A DNA stretch of 64,000 bases, from assembly GCA_951406725.2 (NCBI GenBank), contig OX597818.1, positions 117,738,001-117,802,000 of the forward strand. Direction: 5' to 3'. Numbering within the stretch: position 1 is the stretch's first letter; each line of letters opens with the position of its first letter. Below the pieces are notes generated by a model. That model was not told the DNA's origin. It worked only from the letters and a program-made list of their open reading frames with translations, and did no database searches. The DNA is from Octopus vulgaris. Its lineage: Eukaryota. The translations under genes and the position numbers were made by a program. Below, piece after piece: positions 1 through 13,728 of the stretch.

Positions 1-22
1 TTTGTGCTTTCTTATTTGGATT

Positions 23-98
<76 letters not shown>

Positions 99-140
99 GA
101 CTAGCTCACATGTATTATAACCCATGCTACTAAACGTTTG

Positions 141-349
141 ACGCATATGGAATCCATGTACGTTCTTCAGGCGGCAGCAACACCATCAGACTTAAGCAGT
201 TTAAATACTGGACAAAATTTAAAAACAAGGCGAAAGAAACCCAGTATCAGTTTTTTTCGCCCTGTTTTTAAATTCGGTCCAGTATTTAAACTGCTTAAGT
301 CCGATGGTATGGCTGCCGGCCGAAGAACACACATGGGTTCCATATACGT
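141..349. repeat. Long imperfect palindrome (100-bp arms, 9-nt loop) between (TA)n tracts; MITE-like or hairpin element
   Basis: 141-240 is the ungapped reverse complement of 250-349, with 13 mismatches counted by eye. Confidence 0.9.
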
Positions 350-493
350 GAGGTGGTCATAAAAAATAACATTTACTCTCGTTAGATGGAGTACTATTTT
401 TGGTGAACCTGTGCGTACGGACCTATTCATTATATATATATATATATATATATATAGGCACACACACATACATACACACGCACACACGCACAA

Positions 494-528
<35 letters not shown>

Positions 529-529
529 C

Positions 530-622
<93 letters not shown>

Positions 623-631
623 TGTATGTAT

Positions 632-900
632 AAGGATGAAAAGGAACACACGAGTTGATATATATGAAACAACAAGTCAGGATAGAAAATGCTAAAATAA
701 TTTTATAAAGAACATTTCAGTACCGGTTTCAGCCATTGAGACTTTTTCAACTGTAACAATTAAATAATTAAATTTAGAAAAATTAAAATGAAAGTTTTTT
801 TTTTAAAGAATATTTGTATAGTGTTCAAATATAAGTGGCGTTTTCCTTGTTTCTGCCTGTCTCGAAAGACAGAGACAGTATTTTCTATCCTGACTTGTAT

Positions 901-908
<8 letters not shown>
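632..908 (-). mobile_element. Short non-autonomous element with a minimal hammerhead-like motif and a ~32-bp inverted end duplication
   Basis: 662-693 is inverted relative to 877-908. The HHR-like motif lies at 718-753. A second family member is at 18688-18880. Microsatellites flank it. Confidence 0.65.
718..753 (-). ncRNA. Minimal type I hammerhead ribozyme-like motif, U3/A8 variant core
   Basis: Minus strand reads cag-UUGAAAA-aguc(ucaau)ggcu-GAAA-ccgg-UA-cug: stem I, stem II, palindromic stem III, GUA triplet. Confidence 0.6.
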
Positions 909-989
<81 letters not shown>

Positions 990-1004
990 CATATGTATAA
1001 CTTT

Positions 1005-1039
<35 letters not shown>

Positions 1040-1047
<8 letters not shown>

Positions 1048-1829
1048 AGGCGATTGAGTTCATGAAAACATATGTTAATATGCACCACATAAACCTGAAC
1101 TTTATGATACATACGAGAAAAACATTTATATTCAGTAAGGTCTCCGAATATTTCGATGCATGGATAAGATCGTATAACAGGGCGGACATCTGCGATCTTG
1201 CAGGTCTCTATATATTAAATGCGCTACGATCCAAGTTCCTATCTATATTGGCCGATGTCGAGACAATGGGTTGGGAATATCTCAATTCTCTGATGGTCAC
1301 ACTCATGATAAATTTTTGAAAAAACTCATTGATATCTTTTGTCAATTAGGCCTCACAGTCAATGTCACTTCTAATATGTCAGAAATCGATTTTTTAACGT
1401 TTCCCTAGATATATAACCCCGTTCGTATAATCCGAACCACAAACCAAACGAAAATCTCACGCATATATACAAACAGTTTTGTCAGTCCCCTATAGTGTTT
1501 AAACACCTGATATCTAATCGCTACTGTTCTAAAGAAATATTTGATAAAGCAACGCTCTGGTATAACAATGTTCTAGTTAGCAGTGGCTTCAAAGTTAAGA
1601 TACATAGTACCATTCCAAGTAAAAATATGAATAATGAAAATAGAGGCAAAAACAGACCTAGGCAAATACATGGTTCGGTCCCAGCACTTTGCCCTTAAAC
1701 ATTAAAGCTAACGTATCTAAGAAACCTCTGACTCTTTCAGATAAGCATTTCCCAGGATACCATATATACAGAAAGAATTTTAATAGATGCTCGATTGAAA
1801 TATCATAGAGCTACAGTGCCAGTGTGAAG

Positions 1830-1830
<1 letters not shown>
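1040..1830 (+). mobile_element. Degenerate Penelope-like retroelement RT/thumb fragment (Naiad-like motifs)
   Basis: Frameshifted translation [79 protein letters not shown] resembles PLE motifs FDVTMGSYDGAE.CELVGLYIL / YRDDGL / DKHFP...KIFNR.T.K.SYS. It ends in (CA)n. Confidence 0.8.
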
Positions 1831-1897
<67 letters not shown>

Positions 1898-2283
1898 TGA
1901 TTATTTGTCATATAAACTACGACGTTAGTGGCAGGATGCAGTATATGTGCTTCAGCCTATCGGAATTTTTTTTGCAGCGAGAACGATTTCATTCGTTGAA
2001 AATATAAGTAATAATCCTGTTACACTGAGAATCCTATTTCTGCTAATCAATTTCTGTTTCCTTTCCTATTTACTACGAACACATACATACATGCATACAT
2101 ACATACATACATACATACATACATACATACATACATACATAAACACATACACACACACACACATATATATATACTTACATACATACATACATACATACAC
2201 TCATACTTAAGACATATACACACATATATATATATACATATGTTATATGTACTTGCGCATAAACATACACACACACATATATA

Positions 2284-2787
2284 TCTATATATATAAAACT
2301 GTAGTTGTGTGAGTGTCTGTCCCCTTCGATTTAGATTCCTAACTCCTCCCACATTTTGCGGTGCAGTTTAACCAAATTCGGGTATCTCATAGTCGTGATT
2401 CATATCGAGCCCGTCTGACTATTAGCGCGCGTCAGCGATGAGTCTACGATTTAAAAATAATTTAACATCATTTTTTATTCCATTTTAATGCATAAAATGC
2501 ATCGTATGTCGATGGCGGCGGAGTTGGCGTCCACGCTCACAGCTCCACCTGTTTGCTTCTCCCCTTCCCTCCCTCGTGAAGCTGTGGGGAAGGGAGTGTA
2601 AAGAAATCAACGTCGTAATGCGTTGTGAAGGAAACCAGCGTTCTTTTAGAACAACGACTTCATGGCTTGAAGACACCAAAACAAAAATGGCTAAGAAAGC
2701 CCGAATTTATAAGGGAAGTAACTCTCTAAAAATGCTTATATAGTTATTTCCCTTACAAACCCGAGCAACGCCGGGCGATACTGCTAG
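2284..2787 (+). mobile_element. Non-autonomous Helitron, copy 1 of a tandem pair
   Basis: 5' TCTATATATATAAAA after an A; 3' hairpin cccgagcaacgccggg then CTAG (2784-2787). Confidence 0.85.
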
Positions 2788-3182
2788 TCTATATATATAA
2801 AAGTGAAGTTGTGTGTCTGTCTCCTACGATTTAGATTCCTAATTACTCCCACATTTTGCGGTGCAGTGTAACCAAAAGCGGGTATCTTATAGTCGTGATT
2901 CATATCGAGCCCTTCTGGGTATTAGCGCGCGTCTACGATGAGTCTACGATTTAAAAAAAAAATTACCATCAATTTTTTCCATTTTAATGCATTTTTTCGG
3001 TACTATATAAGGGAAGTAACTCTCTAAAAATGTCTACGATGAGTCACGATTTAAAAAAATTTACCATAATTTATTTTCCATTTTTAATGCATTTTTTGGC
3101 TATATTTTGGCTATAACTCTCTAAAAATGCTTATATAGTTATTTCCCTTACAAACCCGAGCAACGCCGGGCGATACTGCTAG
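2788..3182 (+). mobile_element. Non-autonomous Helitron, copy 2 (internally different)
   Basis: TC start directly after the CTAG of copy 1; same 5' ~170 bp and same 3' hairpin+CTAG (3179-3182) followed by T. Confidence 0.85.
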
Positions 3183-3311
3183 TGTATATATAAACGTTTA
3201 CATACGTAAGCACAGATAAATATGACTATTTGTAGGTAATTAAACATACATATTAATGAACTTATACATACACATGTTCAAGCACTTTAGCTATATATAC
3301 GCTGATACATC

Positions 3312-3366
<55 letters not shown>

Positions 3367-3382
<16 letters not shown>

Positions 3383-4062
3383 ATCTATTTATCTACCGTC
3401 AATATTGTCACGCCTCCTTCCTTCAAACGCGAAGGAAGAGCTATTTTCATCATCCTTGTGGCTATGGCGAAAGAATGTATGTGGTGGACGCGTCTGAAAG
3501 GATTGGAGACAAACACTTTTCTCTCTGGTCAATCTCTCACCAACTTCTTCAAGTATCACTTGAAGAGGAAAGTGAGAGTAGAGAAGCAAGTTTTGTCTAG
3601 CGAATGTTTTAAAAACAGATGGGTGAATGTAGCAGGCATGGGACGTATGAATGACGAAGCCACCTTGACTCTGATCCTATGAACCCGGAAATTTAAAACA
3701 GAGGGTTACCTACTTGCAAGCAAATGTGGTAACATGTAACAATATTGACCGAGGTTACCGTGGTCTTTTCCGTAGGCTTTTCTTCCCACGGATAAACCTT
3801 ATCTGCTTCCCCCTTTAAACCTTACATCATGACACTGTGATACACGATCCCTATTGATCGTTTTCCTTTTTTTGTTTTTTTTTCTTATTTTCTTCTTTTT
3901 TTCTTTTTTCGTTTCTTTTGTTTCTTTTCTTTTTTTTTCTTCTTTCCCTTTTACGATCCCTTTTGATCGAAAACCTACCTCACATTTTCCCCCAAAAAAG
4001 ATAGCTCTACTTTGTAATCTGTTCCGTCTGTGTGCAGCCCTGTGTGACCAATAAAGAAACAT
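3367..4062 (+). mobile_element. 3' end of an L1/Tx1-like LINE (ORF2 C-terminus plus 3' UTR), 5'-truncated
   Basis: Open frame ...IFIILVAMAKECMWWTRLKG...FKNRWVNVA...* (stop 3682) with the AK..W..R / F..RW pattern typical of L1/Tx1 ORF2 ends; T-rich UTR; AATAAA near 4050; sits between (TATC)n tracts. Confidence 0.6.
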
Positions 4063-4083
4063 ATTTACTTATTATCTGTCTGC

Positions 4084-4174
<91 letters not shown>

Positions 4175-4199
4175 CCTGTCAGTTTCACAAGACCTACTT

Positions 4200-4510
4200 G
4201 AATGTGTTGAAAACGATGAAATGATTTTGGAAGCTTTGCATAGAACTCTGAGGAAGAATCGCCAAGCTTTTGACAAAATTTGATGCAGATTCTCTGCTCA
4301 GCCTTCTGTGTCATGGTGAGTGCGACGATCACATGCTACACTCGTTCCTTTCAAGCACTACTGTACACAGCTGAAGCGAGCTAGAATATTAAAACTTAGT
4401 GCGCATTCACAGCAGAGAGGAAGCTCAATCTGTGAGAGAGGGTTATATTTATCGTGCTTTAGCTTTGTTACTATGATAACAGTCCGGATATTTATTGATC
4501 AGACCACGTA
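4200..4510 (-). mobile_element. mariner (Tc1/mariner) 5' fragment
   Basis: Minus strand TA+CGTGGTCTGATCAATAAATATCCGGACT terminal repeat; ATG at 4314 gives MTQKAEQRICIKFCQKLGDSSSEFYAKL (mariner HTH start); same family as 36348-37192. Confidence 0.85.
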
Positions 4511-4577
4511 GACTGAAACTTACAAGTATACATCACACATACACACGCTTCTCTCATACCCCTTTTCTGCGTGTATG

Positions 4578-4626
<49 letters not shown>

Positions 4627-4696
4627 GTGTGTTATTACACAAACGAACGTATAAACAAAAATTGTACACCAACTGACATATACCGGAATCGATATG

Positions 4697-4740
<44 letters not shown>

Positions 4741-5059
4741 TATATAGCTGAATTTTGGGTATTGATCCGTTTCCGTCTTTTATAATCTACATAATTTAAT
4801 ATCAAATATTCTGACTGTCGGAAAGTTTATCTGTAGGTTATATTTATCGACTTCATTAACTACGAATATCTCTTGATTTCTTTTGTCTCACTTTTTCATC
4901 ACCGAAGGAAAAATTTTCCTATCGACCGTGGATATTGGCTTCTATAAACATTCATAATTTCTATCCTTGTCTGCCGATATATCTGTATCTATCTATCTAT
5001 CTATCTACCTACCAGTATCTCTCTCTGTCTCTCTCTCTGTCTCTCTCTCTGTCTCTCTC

Positions 5060-5104
<45 letters not shown>

Positions 5105-5108
<4 letters not shown>

Positions 5109-5290
5109 TGATAATTTACCAAAAAACAAAAAACGAAGAGGGCTGTGTAAACAACAAACCGATGTATTTGTTTAACGCTCGGGAAGTGAGAAAGTCTTTT
5201 ACGTTTCGAACCTACGCTCTTCGACAGCAAGGAACACAGAAATAAACATAGAGAGAAAATAGAAAGGGTTAGTGGCTAGCCAGCAATCAT
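5105..5290 (-). mobile_element. Short HHR-motif element (CUGUNGA family) next to (TA)n
   Basis: 5196-5231 minus strand: cuug-CUGUCGA-a-gagc(guag)guuc-GAAA-cg-UA-aaag; homologous to 16885-17050 and 8945-9047. Confidence 0.65.
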
Positions 5291-5420
5291 ATAGATATAT
5301 ATAATCTGCATATTTATTTATATTTATGTATTCGTTATTTCTTAGTATGTCTACACATCTATATATCTGTATACAGGTATACTATTCTAGCGAACTATGC
5401 TTGTCTTTGAATATGTGCTT

Positions 5421-5474
<54 letters not shown>

Positions 5475-6324
5475 ATGTGTGAATAATCATAGAAGAGATA
5501 TACAAATTTTGAACGAAAACGGTTATCATTTCAGGAGGTAACAAGCGATTAATTGATATATGAGTTAGAAAAAAAAAAAGGAGGTAAATTTGCTTCGTGC
5601 CATATTTTACAGTTTTCTGTCTATATATTTTGATAAATGAAACAATAATGACGAATGAATGTTTATAATGTAAATATATATGCGAAATGACTGCAATAGA
5701 ATGAGATCTAAGCTTTTGCTTGTTTACATTTACCAAAAGAAAAGAAAAGAAAAAAATTCTGAGAGGTAAATTGGCTGAGTTTGTCCTTTATCATTCATTA
5801 AGATATGTTATTTGTGAGTTGTCATCCTCATTTTCATGTGTTCATTTTTTATGAGATTTTCAAACTCATTTTGTTTCGAAGTGTCCTTGATACTGAGGTT
5901 ATATTTCATGTGTTTGATACAACGTACAGGATAATTGATAAAGTGATGCACATAGATTAATCGAACATTTTTAGCGAAACATTCTCTCTATGCTTCCATT
6001 ATCTGTAGTCCATTATAAGCTGCTGGTATTCGTACCTGCTGCATGATTTGATGACCCCCTCCCCAAAAAACCCCACAAACTCTAATGTATTTCTTCGGAG
6101 AATCCTATTTTGTTGGATTTCTCATGGTTATGTACTGCGATAGAAATGTCTGCATAAGGGAAAGCCTGGTGCGCATATCACGGGATAATGTCGTTAAGTA
6201 ATCTAATGCCATTCCTGAGCAGACAGACCAAATCTATAATTAAAGGTACTGCAGCTATAAGTAGGATTAAAGCTACTGTGGTTATATCTGAGCGTCTTTT
6301 TATTTTTATTTTAACAGTTATTTT

Positions 6325-6637
6325 ATTTATGCACCCTGTTCAAGCCTAGCCAGGCTGATGGGCTCGGTTTCCTGGTTTCTGTGGCGTATGTGTGTGTCCT
6401 CACCAGCTGGACGGGACGCCAGTCCATCGCAGCATTACTCAAGAAACAGGAAGAAAGAGTGAGAGAAAGTTGGGGGTGAAAGAGTACAATAGGGTTCGCC
6501 ATCACCTCCTGCCGGAGCCTCATGCAGCTTTAGGCGTTTTCGCTCAATAAACACACACAGCGCCCGGTCTGGGAATCGAAACCGTGACCCTCGGCCCGCG
6601 AGTCCGCTACCCTACCCACTGGGCCATTGCGCTTCTA
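6325..6637 (-). mobile_element. tRNA-derived SINE (octopus OR-type head)
   Basis: Minus strand has A box tggcccagtgg and B box ggtttcgattccc; its tail is shared with 51700-51956 and its body resembles 25432-25723. Confidence 0.8.
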
Positions 6638-6689
6638 TTTTTTTCCAGTTATAATATATTACAAATTTAGTAATGCGTCTATATATCGT

Positions 6690-7471
6690 TCTATAATTAC
6701 TTTGATACTTAGGTGGGTGGAGTTAGTTACTTGCTGGATGCTCTCCATTACGCTCCTATCAGTTTCTAAATTACCGTTACTAGAGTCCGTCTTAACTATG
6801 ATATTAATGTCACCTACATACCTACTGTAGAGCAGAAGAGTTATGTACTGTTCTGGTAAGAATTGCTTAAGTTTTCTGCCGCACCAGGTCATGAAGAGGG
6901 CGGCCACATCTCCAGCTACACCGACACCAATGGCTGCACCTTGAACCTGCGAGTATAGTGTTTTTGTTAAAATTTACTATGTGGTTCTTCAAATTGGTTC
7001 TTACACTGGCCCCTATTGCATATGCAAGCATTTCTTTCACCTGATTTTTGTTCTCAGTGTCTTGGATGGATACGGTCCAGTTACTCCAGCGCTCTGGAGT
7101 GGTGCTTTTATTCACTGCTGAGGTGATTGTGGCTGGTCTTCCCCTCTGCGACCAGGTGATGTAGAATCTATTGATGTCACGGTCGTCTAAATAATCACTG
7201 TCGTAGCTTAGTCTAAGGAGGAGGCCCAGTTCCCTCGTGTTGACCTCACGGAACTCTACTTCACTCTCACAGATTACCTCAATGCATTTCTCCACAGCAA
7301 AATCTATGTCTATAGATGGGTAGAGTGAAATGACATCCATACTACCCGCTACACAACCTGTGAGATCGTTGGAGAGTTTGCAAGTACTGATTTTACTGAG
7401 GACACGCAGACATCTGGAGATATCTTTATGAGAGTCGTAACACTTGTGTGAAATGAAAAAGTTTTTAATGC
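6690..7471 (-). mobile_element. Inverted 782-bp duplicate of the PLE RT fragment at 9026-9807
   Basis: Identical 157-aa ORFs at 6867-7340(-) and 9157-9630(+); ends map 6690<->9807 and 7471<->9026. Confidence 0.92.
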
Positions 7472-8147
7472 TTTTCCAACGAAAAAGTAAGTATTAGCCT
7501 CATCACTTGACCTTCGAAAACTAACAGCTAAACGTCCCTCAAATTATTTTCTCTTGTCTGAATTAAGGAAGGATACATGTGGTAGTACACGCGTCCACAA
7601 AATGGGATTGTCAAAACTGGCATACGTATGATCATAAGGCTGGCATGAGTCTAATAAACAAAGACGATACAAGCAGCAACGACAAAATATCACAAAATAG
7701 CACAAACGACAACAGCCATTTCACGAATGGAGAAAACAAAGCCACTTTGACAATACATATAACGTACACAAAAAAAAAACTCAGTAAATTCTAGTTGTAC
7801 CATAAGCAACAAACATTTTAAAGCGTTTTCAACTTTTAACACCATTAAACAATTGGAACTAACAGTATTTGAATAATGATAAGAGTGTCAGCAGCAATGT
7901 GCAAATATCCTGGCCGAGATATAAATAAATATAGAAATTTTAAAGAATTAGAATGGAAAAAAAAATACCAGCAAAAACTTAAATATAATTATATATACGT
8001 TACAGTAAACTTGAAGAACGTCCGCAAGGATTCTATTATTTAAAGATATGATTCTCAACAATGGTACCAAAGAGAATACGAAGTAAGTGTGCCCTTACAT
8101 ACAAACATACATACACACTTATATATACCCACAAACACATAGATACA

Positions 8148-8190
<43 letters not shown>

Positions 8191-8296
8191 GTATACATAT
8201 ATACACACATAAACTCAGGCACACATACAAAGTGATATACAAGGCCGTGATAAACATACCCAGAGTGGAACAAGTCAATGACTGAATATATATATG

Positions 8297-8421
<125 letters not shown>

Positions 8422-8454
8422 TTATGTATATATATATGTATATATATATGTATA

Positions 8455-8506
<52 letters not shown>

Positions 8507-8944
8507 CAGATAGACACATACAAAATCATATACATATGAAGCCGAGAGAGTAAGAAAGAAAGAAAGAAAGAAAGAAAGAAAAAAAGAAAGAAAGAAAGAA
8601 CGAAAGAAAGAAAGAAAGAATGAGAAACTGAGTATTGTTGAAGTTGCAGTCATTTGGGCGTCAGAGAGAATAACATGCTGCATATGTAGCTAGTTTTGTC
8701 TTTCTGCATACAAAACACTCGCGGATGAAGGCAGAAATATAGAATGATGGATTCATAGTAAAAATTTAAAACGTCCCAATGAGAGCAATTTCATCTAGAG
8801 TTCAAATTTATCTATGGCCTACCAAAACGGTAAAAGGCTGAGTTCGAGGGGCAAGTGCCTAAATATTTCATCAGTTAGTTGTTTGCCCGTTCAAAGAAAG
8901 TAGATGGAAGCGTCAAACACAATGGAATTTCAGTGGCAAGATGT

Positions 8945-9047
8945 AGATCGCTAACCACTACGCATTCTTTATTTTCTCTCCTTGTTTCCTCCTGTGTTCC
9001 TTTCTGTGGAGAGCGTAGGCTCAACGCATTAAAAACTTTTTCATTTC
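8945..9047 (+). mobile_element. Damaged copy of the CUGUNGA HHR-motif element
   Basis: ccttt-ctgtgga-gagcgtaggctc is retained but GAAA is lost; upstream pyrimidine-rich segment matches the 5105-5290 and 16885-17050 copies. Confidence 0.6.
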
Positions 9048-10800
9048 ACACAAGTGTTACGACTCTCATAAAGATATCTCCAGATGTCTGCGTGTCCTCA
9101 GTAAAATCAGTACTTGCAAACTCTCCAACGATCTCACAGGTTGTGTAGCGGGTAGTATGGATGTCATTTCACTCTACCCATCTATAGACATAGATTTTGC
9201 TGTGGAGAAATGCATTGAGGTAATCTGTGAGAGTGAAGTAGAGTTCCGTGAGGTCAACACGAGGGAACTGGGCCTCCTCCTTAGACTAAGCTACGACAGT
9301 GATTATTTAGACGACCGTGACATCAATAGATTCTACATCACCTGGTCGCAGAGGGGAAGACCAGCCACAATCACCTCAGCAGTGAATAAAAGCACCACTC
9401 CAGAGCGCTGGAGTAACTGGACCGTATCCATCCAAGACACTGAGAACAAAAATCAGGTGAAAGAAATGCTTGCATATGCAATAGGGGCCAGTGTAAGAAC
9501 CAATTTGAAGAACCACATAGTAAATTTTAACAAAAACACTATACTCGCAGGTTCAAGGTGCAGCCATTGGTGTCGGTGTAGCTGGAGATGTGGCCGCCCT
9601 CTTCATGACCTGGTGCGGCAGAAAACTTAAGCAATTCTTACCAGAACAGTACATAACTCTTCTGCTCTACAGTAGGTATGTAGGTGACATTAATATCATA
9701 GTTAAGACGGACTCTAGTAACGGTAATTTAGAAACTGATAGGAGCGTAATGGAGAGCATCCAGCAAGTAACTAACTCCACCCACCTAAGTATCAAAGTAA
9801 TTATAGATTACCCCACTACGCCCCCCCCCCACCAACAATAGACTTCCCGTCCTTGATACTGAACTTTGATTAAAGACTGAACAATAGTGTGCAGCTCCTT
9901 CACTCCTATTACATGAAACTCATAGCTTCGAAATATATTGTTCCCAAGAACTCAGCTTTGTCTCACAACATGAAAATTAACATACTGATAGCAAACTTAG
10001 GACAACGAACAAAGTGTCCCCACTATGAAAACTCTATGAAACGAATATACTTGTACGGAGCTTCATGCCCCGCATGCAATTCTCTGGATATGATCAGAAA
10101 GATAGGGTTCGAGTATACAAGGGCACTAGAAAGAAATTAGAGAACGTTATATGAAATGATACCAGTGGTACCTGTCCTAGATATAGAGACAAAGAATGGA
10201 ATAGGATACAAAGAACTTGTGTCAAAGCAAACAGGATGAACACGTGGTATAAAACCGACAAATATCAAAGAGTGGTGTTTGTAGAGGCCATAGCTCATTG
10301 AGAACTAGGCCGTAGCTTTAGGAAAGCTCTGAATGAGACCAAACTCAACATTAAGATTGCTGAAAAACCAGGAAACTCCATCAGATCAGAACTATGTAGG
10401 ACATATCACTTTGAGAATACCATATGCACCAATGATAACTGCGTGGTATGTAGGATTAACCCAGGCATTAACCGTAGAACTAGAAATGTAGTTTCCAGCA
10501 TAAGATGCATAGAATGTGCTTGTAAAGACATGAACATGATATACATAGGGGAGACATGTGGGAGCATTGCAAAACGATTAAATGAACATTTGAGACAATA
10601 TGACGACAAATAACAGTCCTCCATACTCTACAAGCATGCCAAGGACCAGCATGGAGACAACCTGGGTCAACTTGACATCCGCATTTTATCCAAACACCCA
10701 AAGGACCCAACACTCAGACAAATACAGCAGTACGTCCTCATAAATGAAACTTCTCCAATACAAAATAGGAAATATACATAGTAGATATCATACCCACAGT
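9048..10800 (+). mobile_element. Penelope-like retroelement relic: RT plus GIY-YIG endonuclease, frameshifted
   Basis: GSMDVISLYPSID (RT motif A), QVQGAAIGVGVAGDVAALFM, LYSRYVGDINI (decayed YVDD), LPVLD; from 10425 CTNDNCVVC...NVVSSIRCIEC...IYIGETCGSIAKRLNEH...LYKHAKDQH (GIY-YIG). Confidence 0.9.
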
Positions 10801-11375
10801 TCATACAGGTTGCGTAGAATAGTTAATGGGCTGTTATGTAGATAGATGTATGTATGTATGTGTGTGTGTGTGTGTGTATCCATATGTATATAAGCATATC
10901 GATATGAAAGAAGACAGATAGACATACAGATGGATAGGTACATATGTTATATGAACAGAAAAGCACACATACACAGACATACACAAATGCAGACTGAATG
11001 ACATGACCATATGTAAACACACACTTTGCTTCACACAAGGACACATAGGAGACACACGTCCACACATATGGTGACACACATCCATACATACAAACACCGT
11101 GCACAGTTGCAAAAAAACTATACACACACATACATGCATACACACACATGCATGCAAACACACACACACACATACTGACCTACACGCATGCGCACAAACA
11201 AAACGAAAAAAGAACAGTGTGATAAATAAAGAAGGAAATGAGTGGAAATTTTACCGGTGAGTGTGTTAAATTATAAGGCACTAAAAGAGAATGTCTCTCC
11301 CCAGACACAACAGACTATGCTTCAGCACACGAACTCACATATACAATCTTCCAAACCAAATCCCAAAACGAAATA

Positions 11376-11580
<205 letters not shown>

Positions 11581-12451
11581 TGCATGCAAGCACACCTATG
11601 TACACGCATACATACCTACATACATACTTACATTCATTCATACATATATAATTCATACATTCATATATACATACATGAATGCATACAGTATCTATATCAT
11701 TGAGTACAAATTCATAAACACCGTCCTTTCTAATTGCATGTGACGGGAAAACCAAATATAAATTTACATATAAGTTGCAAAGCTTTCATATGTACATATA
11801 CACACGTATGAAATACACGTACTTCCTTACAGATAAAAGAAGTGAATAGCTACATAAATAGATGAAAACATACACAAATGCGCACATGCATACACATACA
11901 AGCAGATATGATCACGTGTATTTTTACGTCTATGCCATACAGAGTAGGCACGTTTAATGTATTTCGATGCTTATCATTATATATATTCTAAAGACGAATT
12001 CTTGCTAATATCAGATATGCTTATCTATTGTATGAGCTCTTGTTGTACATACAAGTACGCGCATGTATATAAGTGTATATATGTATGCATGTATATATAT
12101 AAATATGTGTGTATTTGTACCCATACGCCATCTGACCGAAAAGAAATACGTGAGACATATTGTGTTAAAACTGAATCACAAAATTTAAACAAAGGTAAAT
12201 ATAATAAAAGTATATATATATATATACATACATACATATATATATATACATGCATGAATATATATGTGTATATATATATATACATACATACATATATATA
12301 TATACATACATGAATATATATGTGTATATATATATACGTATACATATGTGCATGTATATATATACATACATATATGTATATATATATATTTATTTATTTA
12401 TATATATGTATATATATACATGTATATATGTATACGTATATGTATTTACAT

Positions 12452-12478
12452 ATCACAATTTATAGACATACGTATTTA

Positions 12479-12534
<56 letters not shown>

Positions 12535-12569
12535 AATATGCATACATACGTATGTCTATAAATTGTGAT
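12452..12569. repeat. Fold-back palindrome centred on a (TA)n tract
   Basis: atcacaatttatagacatacgtat... (12452-12485) is inverted at 12536-12569. Confidence 0.85.
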
Positions 12570-12666
12570 GGGGGATGGTTGAACTGACGTCGAAAAGTTA
12601 AAACATACGAAATACTAAGGTTATGGAAACAAAAATAGTAACGAAAAACATAAAAAACGCTCGTTG

Positions 12667-12730
<64 letters not shown>

Positions 12731-12750
12731 TGATAATAATAATAACGATG

Positions 12751-12838
<88 letters not shown>

Positions 12839-12903
12839 TAATAATAACAAGAACAAAACTACCTCCACCACCATCAATAACAACAACAAGGATGATAATA
12901 ATG

Positions 12904-12973
<70 letters not shown>

Positions 12974-12985
12974 TGATAATAACAA
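12667..12985. repeat. (TAA)n trinucleotide tract, interrupted
   Basis: Directly visible; explains the poly-I/poly-L ORFs. Confidence 0.97.
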
Positions 12986-13347
12986 TGTGAGTATAATAAA
13001 AGCAATAACAGGAAAAGTAACATAGCGAAGCCTTGGCATCCATAATAGCAACAACAATAATGTGTGCACCGAAAATAGACTGTGAGTGAAGTATGGTGTC
13101 AGTGGTGTCAAATGTCCTCATAACAAATATGCTATTGTCAAGGATGTTGCAACACTAAGAAACCTGTATGTAATATACGTACAAACACATCGCCGCACTG
13201 CCACCCACCCACACACACACACATACACACACACACATACACACACGCACACATACACACGAAAGAATAGAAACGCATAAAGACACACATATAAGCAAGT
13301 GGCTGTGTAAGTATGCGCATAGCATTATCTGTCCGTAAGAAACCTAC

Positions 13348-13391
<44 letters not shown>

Positions 13392-13621
13392 TATAATTAA
13401 TCAATATAGGGTGGCAAGGAAAATTTTGTAGAATTTTTTTGCCACCAGCGGCCCAGTGGGAAAAAATTAAATAGTCATAGACCATTTTTAAGTTCAACAT
13501 TAACAATTAAGGAACGGCCATAATAGGCCATTCACCCACTAGAAATAACAGCCAAAGCTTCTACCGCAAATAAAGATTAATTCCGTAAACAGGAGAAAAT
13601 TAAAAAAACATTTACCCTGTA

Positions 13622-13728
13622 ATTTCTTGTACGGTATACCGTTTCATCCGCTGTTTAATGGTAAACTAACCTGATTAAATTAAATCAAGCCAATCTTCCA
13701 TAAGCCCTCAGATTCTTCAGCAAGAAAT
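13622..13728 (-). ncRNA. Type I hammerhead ribozyme (left-arm copy)
   Basis: Reverse complement of 14123-14229. Confidence 0.82.
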
